Translations under genes and position numbers: made by a program
Shown: in pieces, positions 1 through 12,584 of the stretch
How the letters are laid out: the number at the start of each line of letters is the position of its first letter
Numbering within the stretch: the stretch's first letter is position 1
NCBI RefSeq assembly: GCF_003918875.1
Contig: NW_025766525.1
Location: 502,865-566,864 of the forward strand
Source of the DNA: Haliotis rubra
Taxonomy: Eukaryota
Reading direction: 5' to 3'
DNA length: 64,000 nt
Notes under the pieces: generated by a model
Databases searched by the model: none
Told to the model about the DNA's origin: nothing
What the model saw: the letters and a program-made list of their open reading frames with translations, nothing else

Positions 1-589
1 GTACGATTCAGTAGTTGATTTGCCACAAGTCTGCGATGGTTTTGGTGATGTCTTCTGAAAGTATTTGTAATAAATAGGTCATAACAATAACTAGTTGTCA
101 GGAATGTATTAACATCAATGGAATCAGTGGTGTGGGAGGTACTATATAATTATGCTTATTGAATCTTAAGACTAATAAAACATTACTGATATCTTTCTAG
201 AATGTACTACGCATAGGGCTAAGTGTATGCCTCTATTATATCACATTACATCAAAATCAGTGGTGAGCAGCTCATCTTCTCACTCTGGAAAGCCTAGGCT
301 TTCGGAGCCTTGACCACTTGCTGCTACGTTTATAAATACTATCACTGACTTTTAAATTTACAACAAAGTTGTTAGTTTTATATTTCTTTGTTATTTATTG
401 CTTTCACACACATATCTTTTGCAAAAAGATGCAACATGTCAGCATGCAACACATTATACACTCCGTCATATTCCCACCTGAAGTTTGGGCCAGTCAACTC
501 CGATGTTTATCGCAGAGATGGCATCATGTGTAAATCGAAGACATTAACACTATCAAGATGGACCATCATTATGTTTGTGTGGCTGCAAA

Positions 590-980
590 ACCTGTACAAA
601 CTTAGTAACCATAACATCGGGAACCAGTCTTGTGTAACCATGACAACTGGAGCTCGGTATGCCATCAAACTTCTTTTATTGTGTAACCATGACAACTGGA
701 GCTGGGTAACCATCAAACTACCATCAAACTTCTTTCATTGTGTAACCATGACAACTGGAGCTGGGTATACCAAACTTCTTTCATTGTGTAACCATGACAA
801 CTGAAGCTGGGTATACCATCAAACTTCTTTCATTGTGTAACCATGACAACTAGAGCTGAGTATGCTATCAAACTTCTTCCATTATGTAATCATGACAACT
901 GGAGCTGGGTATACCATCAAACTTCTTTCATTGTGTAACCATGACAACTTCAGCAAGGTATACACTTCTTATATTGTGTA
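590..980. repeat. Tandem satellite, roughly 48-60 bp unit x about 7 (core gtgtaaccatgacaactggagctgggtat...)
   Basis: Direct reading shows repeated units containing gtaaccatgacaactgg. ORFs 388..804 and 507..716 lie in this array and are probably spurious. Confidence 0.8.
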
Positions 981-1284
981 ACCATGGCACTGTTTACCAT
1001 GGTCTGTACGTATAGTCTGTGTTCTGACATCTGGAGCCGGAAGATACACATACAACCTACACTGCTAGGGCCAAGATATCCGCTTCAACTTGATTTTTTT
1101 GTTGGGTGTTTCTTGTGGCAAGTCCGGCACCACCTGCAGACAAACACAGCTCTGTAACATGTGGAATAGGATGCGTGTGACAGACATTACACCGTAACTA
1201 CAAATACTAGGTGAGAGTTGGGCACATACTTTGTGTGTTTATAAATTGTTGACAGTGAGGATTTAACCAAACCTGAAGAGGTTT

Positions 1285-1632
1285 TCAATTCTTTGAAGAG
1301 AGTCGTCCTTGGGGTACATATATGCATTTTCTGCGCTGAAAATGTCCTGTGACAGTTGTATCAATGTTTTAATAAAAATATTGTACAATAAATAAAATCT
1401 GTTTTATCTATTATACGGCCCCCACCTCGTGGAGTTACCTCCCGCTACGCATGAGCAGCCAACCAGGTAAGCACCTAGGCCCGTATCATCATTCCTTCTG
1501 CTGTCACTCCATTGAACGGATTGCCGCGGTCAGAGCTGAACTCCTTCCTTGGGTTAAAGAGAATAATGTCTGGGACACCACCACCTGTATGTATGGTCTT
1601 TATTTATGTCCTATGAACAGAACAGTAAGGCC
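1285..1632. repeat. Left inverted terminal repeat of element 1285-4565
   Basis: The reverse complement of 4205-4565 matches almost base for base (e.g. ggcccccacctcgtggagttacctcccgctacgcatg...). ORFs 1451..1732 and 4197..4403 are mirror-image artefacts of this repeat. Confidence 0.85.
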
Positions 1633-2004
1633 GGAGGCGGAGGAGGAGGGAATTCTCAAAAACACACAAATTGTATTAAAGAATAATGTGACTAACGCCA
1701 CAATCACGCACTTGTCACATGTCCCGTTTTGAGCTTCCGCGAGAGGCATGATGGGAGGGTAACCGACAGGGAGGAAAGGTACTGAGAGTTGACCTCGCAG
1801 GTTAAGCATAAGAGAACGCACAGAGTGCGAACGTAAACAACCCCACCCACCTTATGGTCTATCAGAGAGCACCGTAGGGGGGAAAAAACACTCACTACCG
1901 ACTATAATCTCCGTAGAGAATCGAAAGGAGGTATTACACCCAGCAGCGGACATATCAATAAAACACAATTGAAAGCAGCGTCAACAAAACCAGATAACCA
2001 AGAC

Positions 2005-2744
2005 TCACTCGGTCAGGGTGGCAGGACACTGTCCACTGGAGAGAACAGAATGGCCAAAGCTCGCACGATCACGTGAATGTGTATCGAGCTGATAGTGCCT
2101 GATAAAAGTGCTAGGCCGGCTCCAAAGAGCGGCAGAGCATATCTCTTCAATGGGTAGTGCCGATGCAAAAGCTTTTGACGTGGCTACTGCCCTGACCGAG
2201 TGAGCCTTCAACCCCTCAGGGGGAGGCTTGCCCTTAGCCTGATAAGCACCACAAATGACCGATACAAGCAAGCGAGACAGGGTCTGCACCAGATGTTACC
2301 GCCACCAGAAATACAGCCTTCCATGATAACAACTAAATGGAAATAGCCGATAGACGTGAGAACGTAGGACCGGATAGCCAATCTAGCACAATTGACAAAT
2401 CCCAAGGTGGGCTGGTTCGCCTGACAGCAGGTAGAACCCGATCCGTGCCAGCTGGGAGAGGACCAGGGGAATGAAAGCGCTTGTACAAGAGGGTGCTGCC
2501 CCAGAAGAGCACCATCGACAGGGGTGTGAAAGGTGGAAATAGTGGTGGAGTAGCCACGAATGGTCGAAGCCGCCAGGCCTTCTTCCAAACGAGCTTGCAA
2601 AAACTCCAATACTCGGACTAAATCTGCAGCCCAGAAAAGAGATCTGCAATCCCCTATCTGCACCGGCCCTGCACCAGGGACGGCAGGATGCGGAGGCGGT
2701 GAATTATGGTGGGCCTCCCTTCCACAGTGGTAGGTGGCCGACAC
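2005..2744 (-). pseudogene. Tyrosine recombinase (DIRS/Crypton-type YR), split over two overlapping ORFs (frameshift)
   Basis: ORF 2208..2744(-) carries a SAM-like core-binding motif (LVRVLEFLQARLEEGLAASTIRGYSTTISTFH). ORF 2005..2289(-) carries the H-x-x-R box and catalytic Tyr region (HSVRAVATSKAF...WSRPSTFIRHY). The two ORFs are in different frames. Confidence 0.6.
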
Positions 2745-3067
2745 TGACGGTGGACCCCAGCACCCAAGTGTTGCTTGTAGCCTTTCCCCTCCGGCAGGGA
2801 ATAGAGGCGGCCTCCCACTGGGGCGATGTGGTAAGAGAGGCGTGAGTGGTCCGAGTAGCTTGAGCTGGTTGGGACGGACCTAATGGCGACAGCCTGCCAA
2901 GAGGGTTAGCAAGGAGTGGTCGAGGGGCAGACCTCAGCGCCCTTGAAAAGGCTGGGAGCCAGGCTGAGAGGGTTGCCTCCAACAAGGCCTTAGAATCCTT
3001 GAAGGAGGTAGCTGCAGTGGGCAACGCCTCCCCAGGCTGGAGGAAGGGCCAGGCAAGGTCTGCTATG

Positions 3068-4045
3068 CTAGCTGCCAAAGTGGTAAGGGCGCGCCTGGCA
3101 GGCGGAACTCAGCCGAGGCAACCCGGAGTGTCCCAACCAGGAGGGGGATCCACCGCGTCCTGCACCTGGTAGGGCACTGAGTGGTTGGTAGGCAAGCGCC
3201 TGCGCCTGGATAAACTCAGCAATGCTTTGCCGCACCTCCCTCAGAGCGTTGCCGCCTCCCTCAAGCGGAAAGCGCCCTCCGGCTCCTCTACCTCCCCAAC
3301 GTCCATGGACTCGGCAGCCCGAGAGGGCTGGGACAGCGTGAGGGACCGGAACCCCAGGAATCCAGAGGGAACGGACCCTGGAAGGAGCTCCCGCCAACAC
3401 CGTGAACCAGAGGGGACTGGGAGCGAACCCTCCCTCTCATGGGGCGTAGCGGGCGAGGACTCGGTCCCGAGGAATCCGACCGGGCCAGAGGCAACGGACT
3501 CTACAGACGCCTCCGGGGGTAGCCGAGGATCGAGCCGGCTCGGGCGATCCCACCAAGGGAGGACTCTCCGGACCTCCTGCTGCTCAGAGTGGGCGAGGAA
3601 CTCCTGCCGGAGACCTCCAACCGACTCATGAACAAGGGACTTCACTGAGTCCATGTGCTGCTGAAAAAGCTGTGTTATTACGGACATGTCAAAACCGCTG
3701 GGAGCAGTAGAAGGCGCGCCTTACTGCGCGACTTAGCCTTTTTGCCTGTTTTTTGGCTTTAGACGGGGGGACCTGGGTCAGTTCCCCTCCCGCCTCTCGC
3801 ATTTCTCTATAAAAGAGGAAATCGGCAGCCCTTCTTTTCTGGGCTCGGGGGGAGAAGCCCATACAGAGTTCACATATGTCGGGATTATGTCTGACTTTCT
3901 CCAGACAAACGAGACACTTGTCATGCTTGTCTGCTCTGGGTATACTTTGTCCGCAGACAGTACAACCGGAAAACGCCTGAAAGCAAACACGCAAGCATGT
4001 AGCTAACAGCGGAGCCAGCAGCATAAATATACACATACAAAACAT
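3068..4045 (-). other. Gag-like region of the DIRS-like element (Cys/His-rich ORF 3689..4045 plus overlapping ORFs 3241..3687 and 3068..3400)
   Basis: ORF 3689..4045(-) carries CTVCGQSIPRADKHDKCLVCLEKVRHNPDICELC, which has zinc-knuckle-like spacing. Its position upstream of the YR in the element's sense orientation fits a gag-like role. Confidence 0.35.
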
Positions 4046-4204
4046 TGAAAATTACGTGAATGCGACCACGGGAAGAAATACTTGGTTAAAACGCAATATG
4101 ACAACCACGTGGCACGCTAAACTTCCCGCCATGGCAAAGCAACAAGTGCGTAAACCACGGGAAAGTTAGCGGAAAATATTTAATACAAAGTCACAATTAT
4201 GAGA

Positions 4205-4565
4205 CAACCGACCGCAAAGCCTTACTGTTCCGTTCATAGGACAAAATAAAGACCATACATACAGGTGGTGGTGTCCCAGACATTATTCTCTTTAACTTCG
4301 TTTTATGGAAGGAGTTCAGCTCTACACGGCACATCCGTTCAATGGAGTGACAGCAGAAGGAATGATGATACGGGCCTAGGTGCTTACCTGGTTGGCTGCG
4401 CATGCGTAGCAGGGAGGTAACTCCACAAGGTGGGGGCCGTATAATAGATAAAACAGATTTTATTTATTGTACAATATTTTTATTAAAACATTGATACAAC
4501 TGTCACAGGACATTTTCAGCGCAGAAAATGCATATATGTACCCCAAGGACGATCTCTATGAAAAA
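4205..4565. repeat. Right inverted terminal repeat of element 1285-4565
   Basis: It is the reverse complement of 1285-1632. Confidence 0.85.
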
Positions 4566-4935
4566 GAATTAACAGATTGTCAATGAATTGTCCTGTTTAG
4601 AAAACAGGGTTCTGCCACTTGGAATACTGTTGATCCATCGTCTAACTCGGGGACTGTCACAATGAGCAGATAGATAATAAGCAGACATAACTTAGAAACT
4701 TAAAACCTCTTCCTTTTCATTGAGACTGAGAACTAACTTTTCAATTTTTGAATCCCAGAAATATTTTGTGAATCATAACAGCATGTTTGTAATGAATTCC
4801 ATGTATTTGTCTGATTTCGTAGTCACTTGTGCATTTATCTCTGACTTCACATATTTAACATGTCTGTTATGGAATATGACAACACAAGATGACCCGAGGA
4901 AACATGGATGCGAAAGAGCTCGAGGATTCTATATG

Positions 4936-5377
4936 TTATAGTATGTGGAATCGGACTTGTATTGATATATTCAATGTAACCATGGTTACCTTGTTTATAC
5001 TCTCCTGTACATCCTTCATTTCAACATCTCCGTTCTCCTTCACTTTTGAGAGCTTCCCCTGACTTGGGCATTCCAAATGTTTGTTAATTAACTTAATAGT
5101 ACTATTTGTACTTGGCTTCTTTTCTTTAGAATCTGATGTAGGAGACATTGTAATTTTCACAATCTTCTTGGATAGTGTAGAATCATCTTGAGATACTGAT
5201 TTAGTCGGGGAACCTGGTGTGGTCGACTTAGACCCTGATCCAAGCTTGATCACCTTCCTACTCGTATCAATACAAGATGGCGGGGGCTTCAGGCGGTCAC
5301 CACCACCCTTGCTGGGATCACTGAATGATGTTAAGAAACGAGAAGACGAGGAATCTAACCCAGCGATTTTCTGTTTT
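4936..5377 (-). CDS. Ashwin (C2orf49-like) last coding exon, with stop at 4936-4938
   Basis: An AG acceptor (tatttcag) precedes it. The translation ...KQKIAGLDSSSS...GDRLKPPPSCIDTSRKVIKL...STNSTIKLINKHLECPSQGKLSKVK matches human Ashwin ...DRLKPPPQASFTSNAFRKL.... Its phase is consistent with exon 2. Confidence 0.6.
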
Positions 5378-5879
5378 CTGAAATACAAGGATATCATGAA
5401 CATAAATATTGTTAAAATCATGACATATGTCATATTAACAAAACTTTGCTCAGAGTTGGGTTATGTATGAATCACAAATCCTGGGTGTTGACAACAAAGG
5501 TGTTGAGCTACACAATGATAAACACCGTGACAGTCTGGCAGGGACAACTTTACCTCCAACATCATGGGGCAAACTCAAGGTGAATCTCATCCCTGTAACA
5601 ACATGAAGGTTTAGAACACATGGTCATCCGTCACCACAGCAGTCAGTACCGCAGCCTTCACCCTGATCGTATCTAATGTAAAACACTTCCCTTGTCATGC
5701 TCATATTGTTCCCAGCAATTGTATGAACTATTTTCTGCAACATAAACAATCTATAAAGAAGTCCCCATTTTCACTCAATCTGAAGCAAGTATGTTTAATA
5801 CGATCGGCAAAATGAGACAGTCATTAAACAATCGAACAAGGAATTCAACTTTTAATCTTATCACTGTCACATTGCTCAA

Positions 5880-6085
5880 CATCCAAAAGTTTGGTTTTCA
5901 AAATGACTGGCAAATGAACAGGGAATAAACCTGTGACGACCTTTACACTTCTTTAAACATGGTTGGTAGTCAGGGAATGAAACCTGTGACAACCTTTAGA
6001 CTTCTTTAAACATGGTTGGTAGTCAGGGAATGAAACCTGTGACAACCTTTAGACTTTTCAAACATGGTTGGTAGTCAGGAAACTA
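5880..6085. repeat. Tandem repeat, about 62 bp x 3 (cctgtgacaacctttagacttctttaaacatggttggtagtcagggaatgaaa)
   Basis: Direct reading shows three near-identical units. Confidence 0.8.
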
Positions 6086-6158
6086 ACCGAAACTTAGAAT
6101 GATCACATAAACAAAGACAGATACATGCAACATGTGTAAGCATGACATGATTACATAC

Positions 6159-6352
6159 TTTTGTGGAGGTTCATCCATGTCAGGAGCTGTGATGCGTCTC
6201 TTCTTGGCCAGAAGGATCTGTTTCTTAGTCAAGTCTTGTCCGCGGCGGTTCTGACGGTACTGCCTCTGAGGGAGGGGCAGGATGTACTTGTAGTAGAGCT
6301 GGAGGAGCTCTTCCTTATCCAGATCCTGCAGGTTGGGCATCTGGATGTACCT
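6159..6352 (-). CDS. Ashwin (C2orf49-like) coding exon 2
   Basis: It has the acceptor tttttcag|AGGTAC and the donor CCACAAAA|gtatgt. It encodes RYIQMPNLQDLDKEELLQLYYKYILPLPQRQYRQNRRGQDL..., matching human ...[33 protein letters not shown]. Confidence 0.6.
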
Positions 6353-7789
6353 CTGAAAAACACAGAATACACCATCAGTATCAGGAGCAGCAATGGTATT
6401 GATAATCACAAACACTTTAACTTGGACGATGATGAGTAAATATGAATTAGGTGGACACTTTGATACATTATCTCCAAATGGCACCAATGAACACTGATGA
6501 ATGCTGAATCAGGTGGTTGTCTTAGTGCTAAGATTCATATAAAGGTGTTGTAGCAAGAATAAATCTTTGCTGAGTCTATACTTGAAGCTGCCTTTACACT
6601 AAGATATCTTACATTTACAACAACAATACTTGAGACAGGGTCAGACTTGTGTTAGAAGCTTTAAATGGAACACAAGAGACAGCATGTTAAAGACAATCTT
6701 AATTTTAATGTTAAAGGACATTATTCAAACGAGTAGTTTCCTCAAGCACTAAGGAAAAACAAACCACAGATCCAACCAGTTGCGCCACCCAAATGTTGGA
6801 TTTACTCATTAAGACATGGTGGCTAACAATCATTCCATACAAAATGCTAAATGAATCAACATAGCCTTCCCATTTATTTTGGTTGAAACCCAAGCAGCAT
6901 GATTGAAAGACAATGCCTTTTTCTTGTCAACATGGTCAACAGAAGAGCAGAGCTAGATGTCAAGCTGCTTTAAAACAGCTTTAACAAGTTTATGAATAGG
7001 TAAATATTTTTCCTTTACAAATGAAAATGATTCTAGTTTGTGTTTCACCACTGTTGTGTAGAAATTACATTAGATGTATCAGGTCAGTTTACAGTCCAGA
7101 TACCTTGAAAGTTGAATCCCATTCATTTCCTTATACAATCATATATGGTTGTTTTGCATAAACCATGTGGCAGGTTTGGAACATCCTGTCTGTATACATA
7201 TATAGTCTATATGTATACATGTTGCATTGTTGTTCAGGACGTCCTTCTTCCTTCTACCAAAAGGATGTTGTTCCATGTATTTAAAGCAGTGACACAGGTC
7301 TTGTCCTGATAGATAATTTCAGCGTAAAGGACATCACAAGGACATCACAAGGACATCACAAGGAAGTCCTGAACATACAACAATGAAACATGCCTGCATC
7401 AAGGATATGAAATAGCTATCCATGATTTTCAACTCCCAACCTTTTTTCACACATATTTTTACTTCTTAGATGCTCTGAAGACATGCACAAATAACAAACA
7501 TATGTTAAATAAATCAGATCACTATGACTAGTGTAGAGGAATCTGTATTCTGACTTACAGTCAAGCTTTTAGTAAGAACTGAGCATCGCTCTTCTATCAA
7601 GCATGGCTGCGATCAGAGCGTGCAACATGTATCATATCACCAAGTACATAAATGATTGAACCTAACAATCAGTGTTGGATAACATCATTTTATATTGTGT
7701 CAGAAGTTACGTACAATAACATTAACTGACTTTTGTGCAGTGTCATGCTGAGAACTTTGTAACAGTGTGTGGTTTTGTGACTGTGAAAT

Positions 7790-8203
7790 TTGTTGTTTGA
7801 TCTGCGAGCATTTGCTCCAATGGCGGACTGTCTGAACAGACCGAAACCATTCTCCTGTGAAAGGAATGTTGCAGAAAACAGGCGACAGTTTGAGCAGGAA
7901 TTTGACATTTTACTTGTTGCTGCCTATAGCGACAAGTATGATAATACTCAAGCTTACATTTTCTTCAACACTGCAGGCAAGGAGCACACTGAAAGGGGCA
8001 AGTCATTTCAGTACGTGGGTGAGGAAACAAGTGAGAAATTGACTGTGCTCAAAGATATATTTAGTAACTGTGCATTCCTCAAACAAACATTACACTTGAG
8101 AGATTTAGATTCTTTTCATGGAATCAAGAAAAAGGTGAACCATTTCAAACATTTTATCCAGATCTCATCAACAAAGCTAATTCATGCAACTTTGGAAATT
8201 TGA
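7790..8203 (+). other. Unassigned 137-aa ORF in Ashwin intron 1, possibly a retroelement Gag-like remnant
   Basis: The ORF is MLFDLRAFAPMADCLNRPKPFSCERNVAENRRQFEQEFDILLVAAYSDKY.... It has a weak resemblance to the retrotransposon Gag (PF03732-like) spacing. No splice context was identified. Confidence 0.2.
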
Positions 8204-8312
8204 AAGATGAAATGTTAAGAGACAGGATAGCACTGATAAACACTGATGGTTTGAGAAAAACATGATCTTAATCTACCAGAGGCTGTAGCCCCAGTTGTAC
8301 AGTAGGACACCT

Positions 8313-10510
8313 CTAGCAAGGGTATATAGGAGCTGTGGACCACAGAGGCTCTAGCCCCAGTTGTACAGGCTGTAGGACATCTCTAGCATGGGTATATAGG
8401 AGCTGTGTAAACCTACAGAGGCTGTAGCCCCAGTTGTACAGTAGGACATCTCTAGCAAGGGTATATAGGAGCTGTGTAAACCTACAGAGGCTGTAGCCCC
8501 AGTTGTACAGTAGGACATCTCTAGCATGGGTATATAGGAGCTGTGTAAACCTACAGAGGCTGTAGCCCCAGTTGTACAGTAGGACATCTCTAGCATGGGT
8601 ATATAGGAGCTGTGTAAACCTACAGAGGCTGTAGCCCCAGTTGTACAGTAGGACATCTCTAGCATGGGTATATAGGAGCTGTGTAAACCTACAGAGGCTG
8701 TAGCCCCAGTTGTACAGTAGGACATCTCTAGCATCTAGCATGGGTATATAGGGAGCATGTGTGTAAACCTACAGAGGCTGTAGCCCCAGTTGTACAGTAG
8801 GACATCTCTAGCATGGGTATATAGGAGCTGTGTAAACCCACAGAGGCTGTAGCCCCAGTTGCACAGTAGGACATCTCTAGCATGGGTATATAGGAGGGTA
8901 CAGAGGCTGTAGCCACAGTTGTACAGAGGCTGTGTAGGAAACCTACAGAGGCTGTAGCCACCAGTTGTACAGTAGGACATCTCTAGCATGGGTATATAGG
9001 AGCTGTGTAAACCTACAGAGGCTGTAGCCCCAGTTGTGTAGGACATCTCTAGTGGGACATCTCTAGCAGGACATCTCTGGGTATATAGGAGCTGTGTGTA
9101 AACCTACAGAGGCTGTAGCCCCAGTTGTACAGTAGGACATCTCTAGCATGGGTATATAGGAGCTGTGTAAACCTACAGAGGCTGTAGCCCCAGTTGTACA
9201 GTAGGACATCTCTAGCATGGGTATATATATAGGAGCTGTGTAAATCTCCTGTAAACCCACAGAGGCTGTAGCCCCAGTTGTAGCACAGAGGCTGTAGCCC
9301 CAGTTGTACAGTAGGACATCTCTAGCATGGGTATATAGGAGCTGTGTAAACCTACAGAGGCTGTAGCCACAGTTGTACAGTAGGACATCTCTAGCATGGG
9401 TATATAGGAGCTGTGTAAACCTACAGAGGCTGTAGCCCCAGTTGTACAGTAGGACATCTCTAGCATGGGTATATAGGAGCTGTGTAAACCTACAGAGGCT
9501 GTAGCCACAGTTGTACAGTAGGACATCTCTAGCATGGGTATATAGGAGCTGTGTAAACCTACAGAGGTTGTGTAGCCCCAGCTTGTACAGTAGGTACACA
9601 TCTCTAGCATGGGGTATATAGGAGCTGTGTAAACCTACAGAGGCTGTAGCCCCAGTGTGCACAGTAGGACATCTCTAGCATGGGTATATAGGAGCTGTGT
9701 AAACCCACAGAGGCTGTCTAGCATGGGTATATAGGAGCTGCCCCAGTTGTACAGTAGGACATCTCTAGCATGGGTATATAGGAGCTGTGTAAACCTACAG
9801 AGGCTGTAGCCCCAGTTGTACAGTAGGACATCTCTAGCATGGGTATATAGGAGCTGTGTAAACCTACAGAGGCTGTAGCCCCAGTTGTACAGCCCCAATT
9901 GTACAGCAGGACATCTCAGGACATCTCTAGCATGGGTATATAGGAGCTGTGTAAACCTACAGAGGCTGTAGCCCCAGTTGTACAGTAGGACCCCAGCTGT
10001 GTACAGTAGGACATCTCTAGCATGGGTATATAGGAGGCTGTAGCCCCAGTTGTACAAGGACATCCTACAGAGGCTGTGTGTAGCCCCAGTTGTACAGTAG
10101 GACATCTCTAGCATGGGTATATAGGAGCTAGCATGTAAACCTACAGAGGCTGTAGCCCCAGTTGTACAGTAGGACATCTCTAGCAAGGGTATATAGGAGC
10201 TGTGTAAACCTACAGAGGCTGTAGCCCCAGTTGTACAGTAGGACATCTCTAGCATGGGTATATAGGAGCTGTGTAAACCTACAGAGGCTGTAGCCCCAGT
10301 TGTACAGTAGGACATCTCTAGCATGGGTATATAGGAGCTGTGTAAACCTACAGAGGCTGTACAGAGGCTGTAGCCCCAGTTGTACAGTAGGACATCTCTA
10401 GCATGGGTATATAGGAGCTGTGTAAACCTACAGAGGCTGTAGCCCCAGTTGTACAGTAGGACATCTCTAGCAAGGGTATATAGGAGCTGTGTAAACCTAC
10501 AGAGGTACAT
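8313..10510. repeat. Satellite array, roughly 69-70 bp unit x about 32 (ctacagaggctgtagccccagttgtacagtaggacatctctagcatgggtatataggagctgtgtaaac)
   Basis: The periodicity was measured directly (cctacagagg at 8411, 8481 and 8550). All six-frame ORFs from 8313 to 10510 are stop-free repeat artefacts. Confidence 0.9.
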
Positions 10511-10799
10511 GCCACAAGTAACTAGAACTTTTCCTAAGTGTAGAAACTGTTGTTATGAACATCCTATTGGATGTGGCCCTTCCAAAGGAAAGAAATGTAA
10601 CAAGTGTGAAAAAAAATGAATCACTTTGCCAGTGCTTGCAAATCCAGATCTAATGCAAGACAAGACAAACAAACACATCATCGCTGACAAACACAAGGCA
10701 GACAAGTCAAACATACACCAAGATGCACAGTATATGACACTGGTGAACAATCAGAGTATGATGATGATGATAATGAAGATAATTATTTCCTCACTGATT

Positions 10800-11440
10800 C
10801 CCTAGAAGTTTATGACATAATTCACCGCTGGAAGCTTATGCAAGTGTCCTTATCAACAATGAGCAAGTTCGACTGAAGGTTGACAGAGGAGCTACATGCA
10901 ACGTTCTTCCTTTTGCCACATTCAAGAAAATTAGAAGAAAAGAAAAGATTGATAAACAGAGCACTCTGTAAATTTTGTTAACTATGGAGGTAGCTCATGA
11001 AGAACACTGAGCAGAACCAAATTGATGTGAAGTACAAGAATGAAGGGGAAACTCTCACATTTCATGAAGTCACTCAAACCAATCATCGGATTGAACATGT
11101 TGAAGGATAGTGTACGAAGGCACAGATTCTGAAAGTGAAACAGTGCTATACACTGTTTGATGGCAGGCTAGGAATCCTACAGGTGGAGTATAGTGCTGAA
11201 CTAGATAATGACAAACTACCTGTGTATGACTTCAAGTTATTGTCTTTTGATGAAGATGTATTCAACATTTGTGAACACTCTTTGAACGAGAAGAAGACAC
11301 AGCCTCTGACGAAGGCACAGATTCTGAAAGTGAAACAGTACCATACACTGTTTTATGGCAGGCTAGGAAACCTACAGGTGAAGTATAGTGCTGAACTAGA
11401 TAGTAGTGTTGGGAATTGGTTAAAATCTCATAATTGATAA
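10800..11440 (+). mobile_element. Degenerate LTR-retrotransposon pol fragment (retropepsin plus start of RT) with an internal ~190-bp duplication
   Basis: 10888-10945 encodes VDRGATCNVLPFATFKKI, a retropepsin D-[TS]-G-A active-site context with T mutated to R. ORF 11135..11437 repeats ...AQILKVKQxYTLFDGRLGxLQVEYSAELD... twice, in a pattern like the PR-RT junction (vF..lG.l...h.I.l....P). Confidence 0.45.
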
Positions 11441-12584
11441 TTGGTTCATTACTACCGATCAATCATCGAAAATAATTGGTTAGCGTCATTATTGAAATGT
11501 GTTAATGCACATAACAAAAAGGGAAAAAATGCAGTTCTTTGGGGTTTTTTTGGCAGAATTTCACATCTTTAATGGATGACTAGTATGTTAGGAACCTAAA
11601 TTTCTTGGAATCTTTAAGATAAATTCAATCATGACTTGAAACGAGCTTGTTGTGCTTACGAAATGTAACAGACAAAACCAACCATGTGAAAAATATTGTT
11701 AATGAAAACAAGTGTTCCAGAATTGTTTGTGTTCGATTATGAGAAATTATGATCGATTGCTTGGTCGTTTAGTCACTACGACCAATCTTCGATTATTTCA
11801 ATTAATCGGACCACCACTACTAGATAGTGACAAACTACTTGTGATACATGCTCGATGTCAAGTACAGAAGTGAAAGAGGAACTGGACGAGATGGTGCAAG
11901 GAGTCATAGCCAAAAAGAAGGATACCAACAAGTTACGAATATAAAAAGATCCTATGGACCTAAACAAGGATCTTAACAGATAGCACTATCCCAGAGGACA
12001 GTGTGCCCAATGGCAAGAATGCCCAATGCCAATTAAGTGGTTTACAAAACTTGATTCATCACCGAGGAGTTTGGCAGATTCCTCTCTAACACAGCACATC
12101 ACTGTTGACCACTTTCAATACTCGGCACATGTATCTCAGAATGTCCCCGTTCGGCATCACCCCAACAAGTGAGGGGTAAGGTTTCCTTACGTACCCCCCA
12201 CCTAATTTTTAACTATGCACTATTGACTAAACTATAGTGTTTGCTCATCACAAAAATAGGAGGGGTACGTAAGGAACTCTTTCCCGGCTAAGGCTACCCG
12301 TGCCGACAACGACCCATTAAATTCTTTTGAAGCGAATTAAAGCCCACAAGCGGATTGCTATTAATAGATCCCCATCGTGGGGGTAGGATACTAGGCTATT
12401 ATGTGCCAAGATGTGCATTTGACATGTTGTCAGCATGTGGAGACTGATGCAATATTCCCTAGGTGTGAGCCACACCGCTCATGCACGCCTTGGCCTGTGT
12501 AATATTTCATGTCTCCTGAACAAGGTACTGACAAATGGAAAAGATAACTTGAGGATGCCACAAAATACAACCGCAAACATCCAC

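Larger units (their letters stand above)
1285..4565 (-). mobile_element. DIRS-like tyrosine-recombinase element, RT-less (non-autonomous or deleted) derivative with approximately 340-bp inverted terminal repeats
   Basis: A near-perfect inverted repeat (1285-1632 against the reverse complement at 4205-4565) flanks a gag-like Cys-rich ORF and a tyrosine-recombinase ORF on the minus strand. No RT motifs lie between them. Confidence 0.6.

Noticed and set aside
1451-4403. ORFs 1451..1732(+) and 4197..4403(-) both starting MSSQPGKHLGPYHHSFCCHSIER
   Set aside because: They are mirror images produced by the two copies of the 340-bp inverted terminal repeat and are not independent genes.
8313-10510. 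Multiple long overlapping minus-strand ORFs (up to 291 aa) across 8313-10510
   Set aside because: They lie entirely within a 70-bp satellite array. The stop-free frames are a by-product of the repeat, and the translations are periodic (…LLYTHARDVLLYNWGYSLCRFTQ… repeated).
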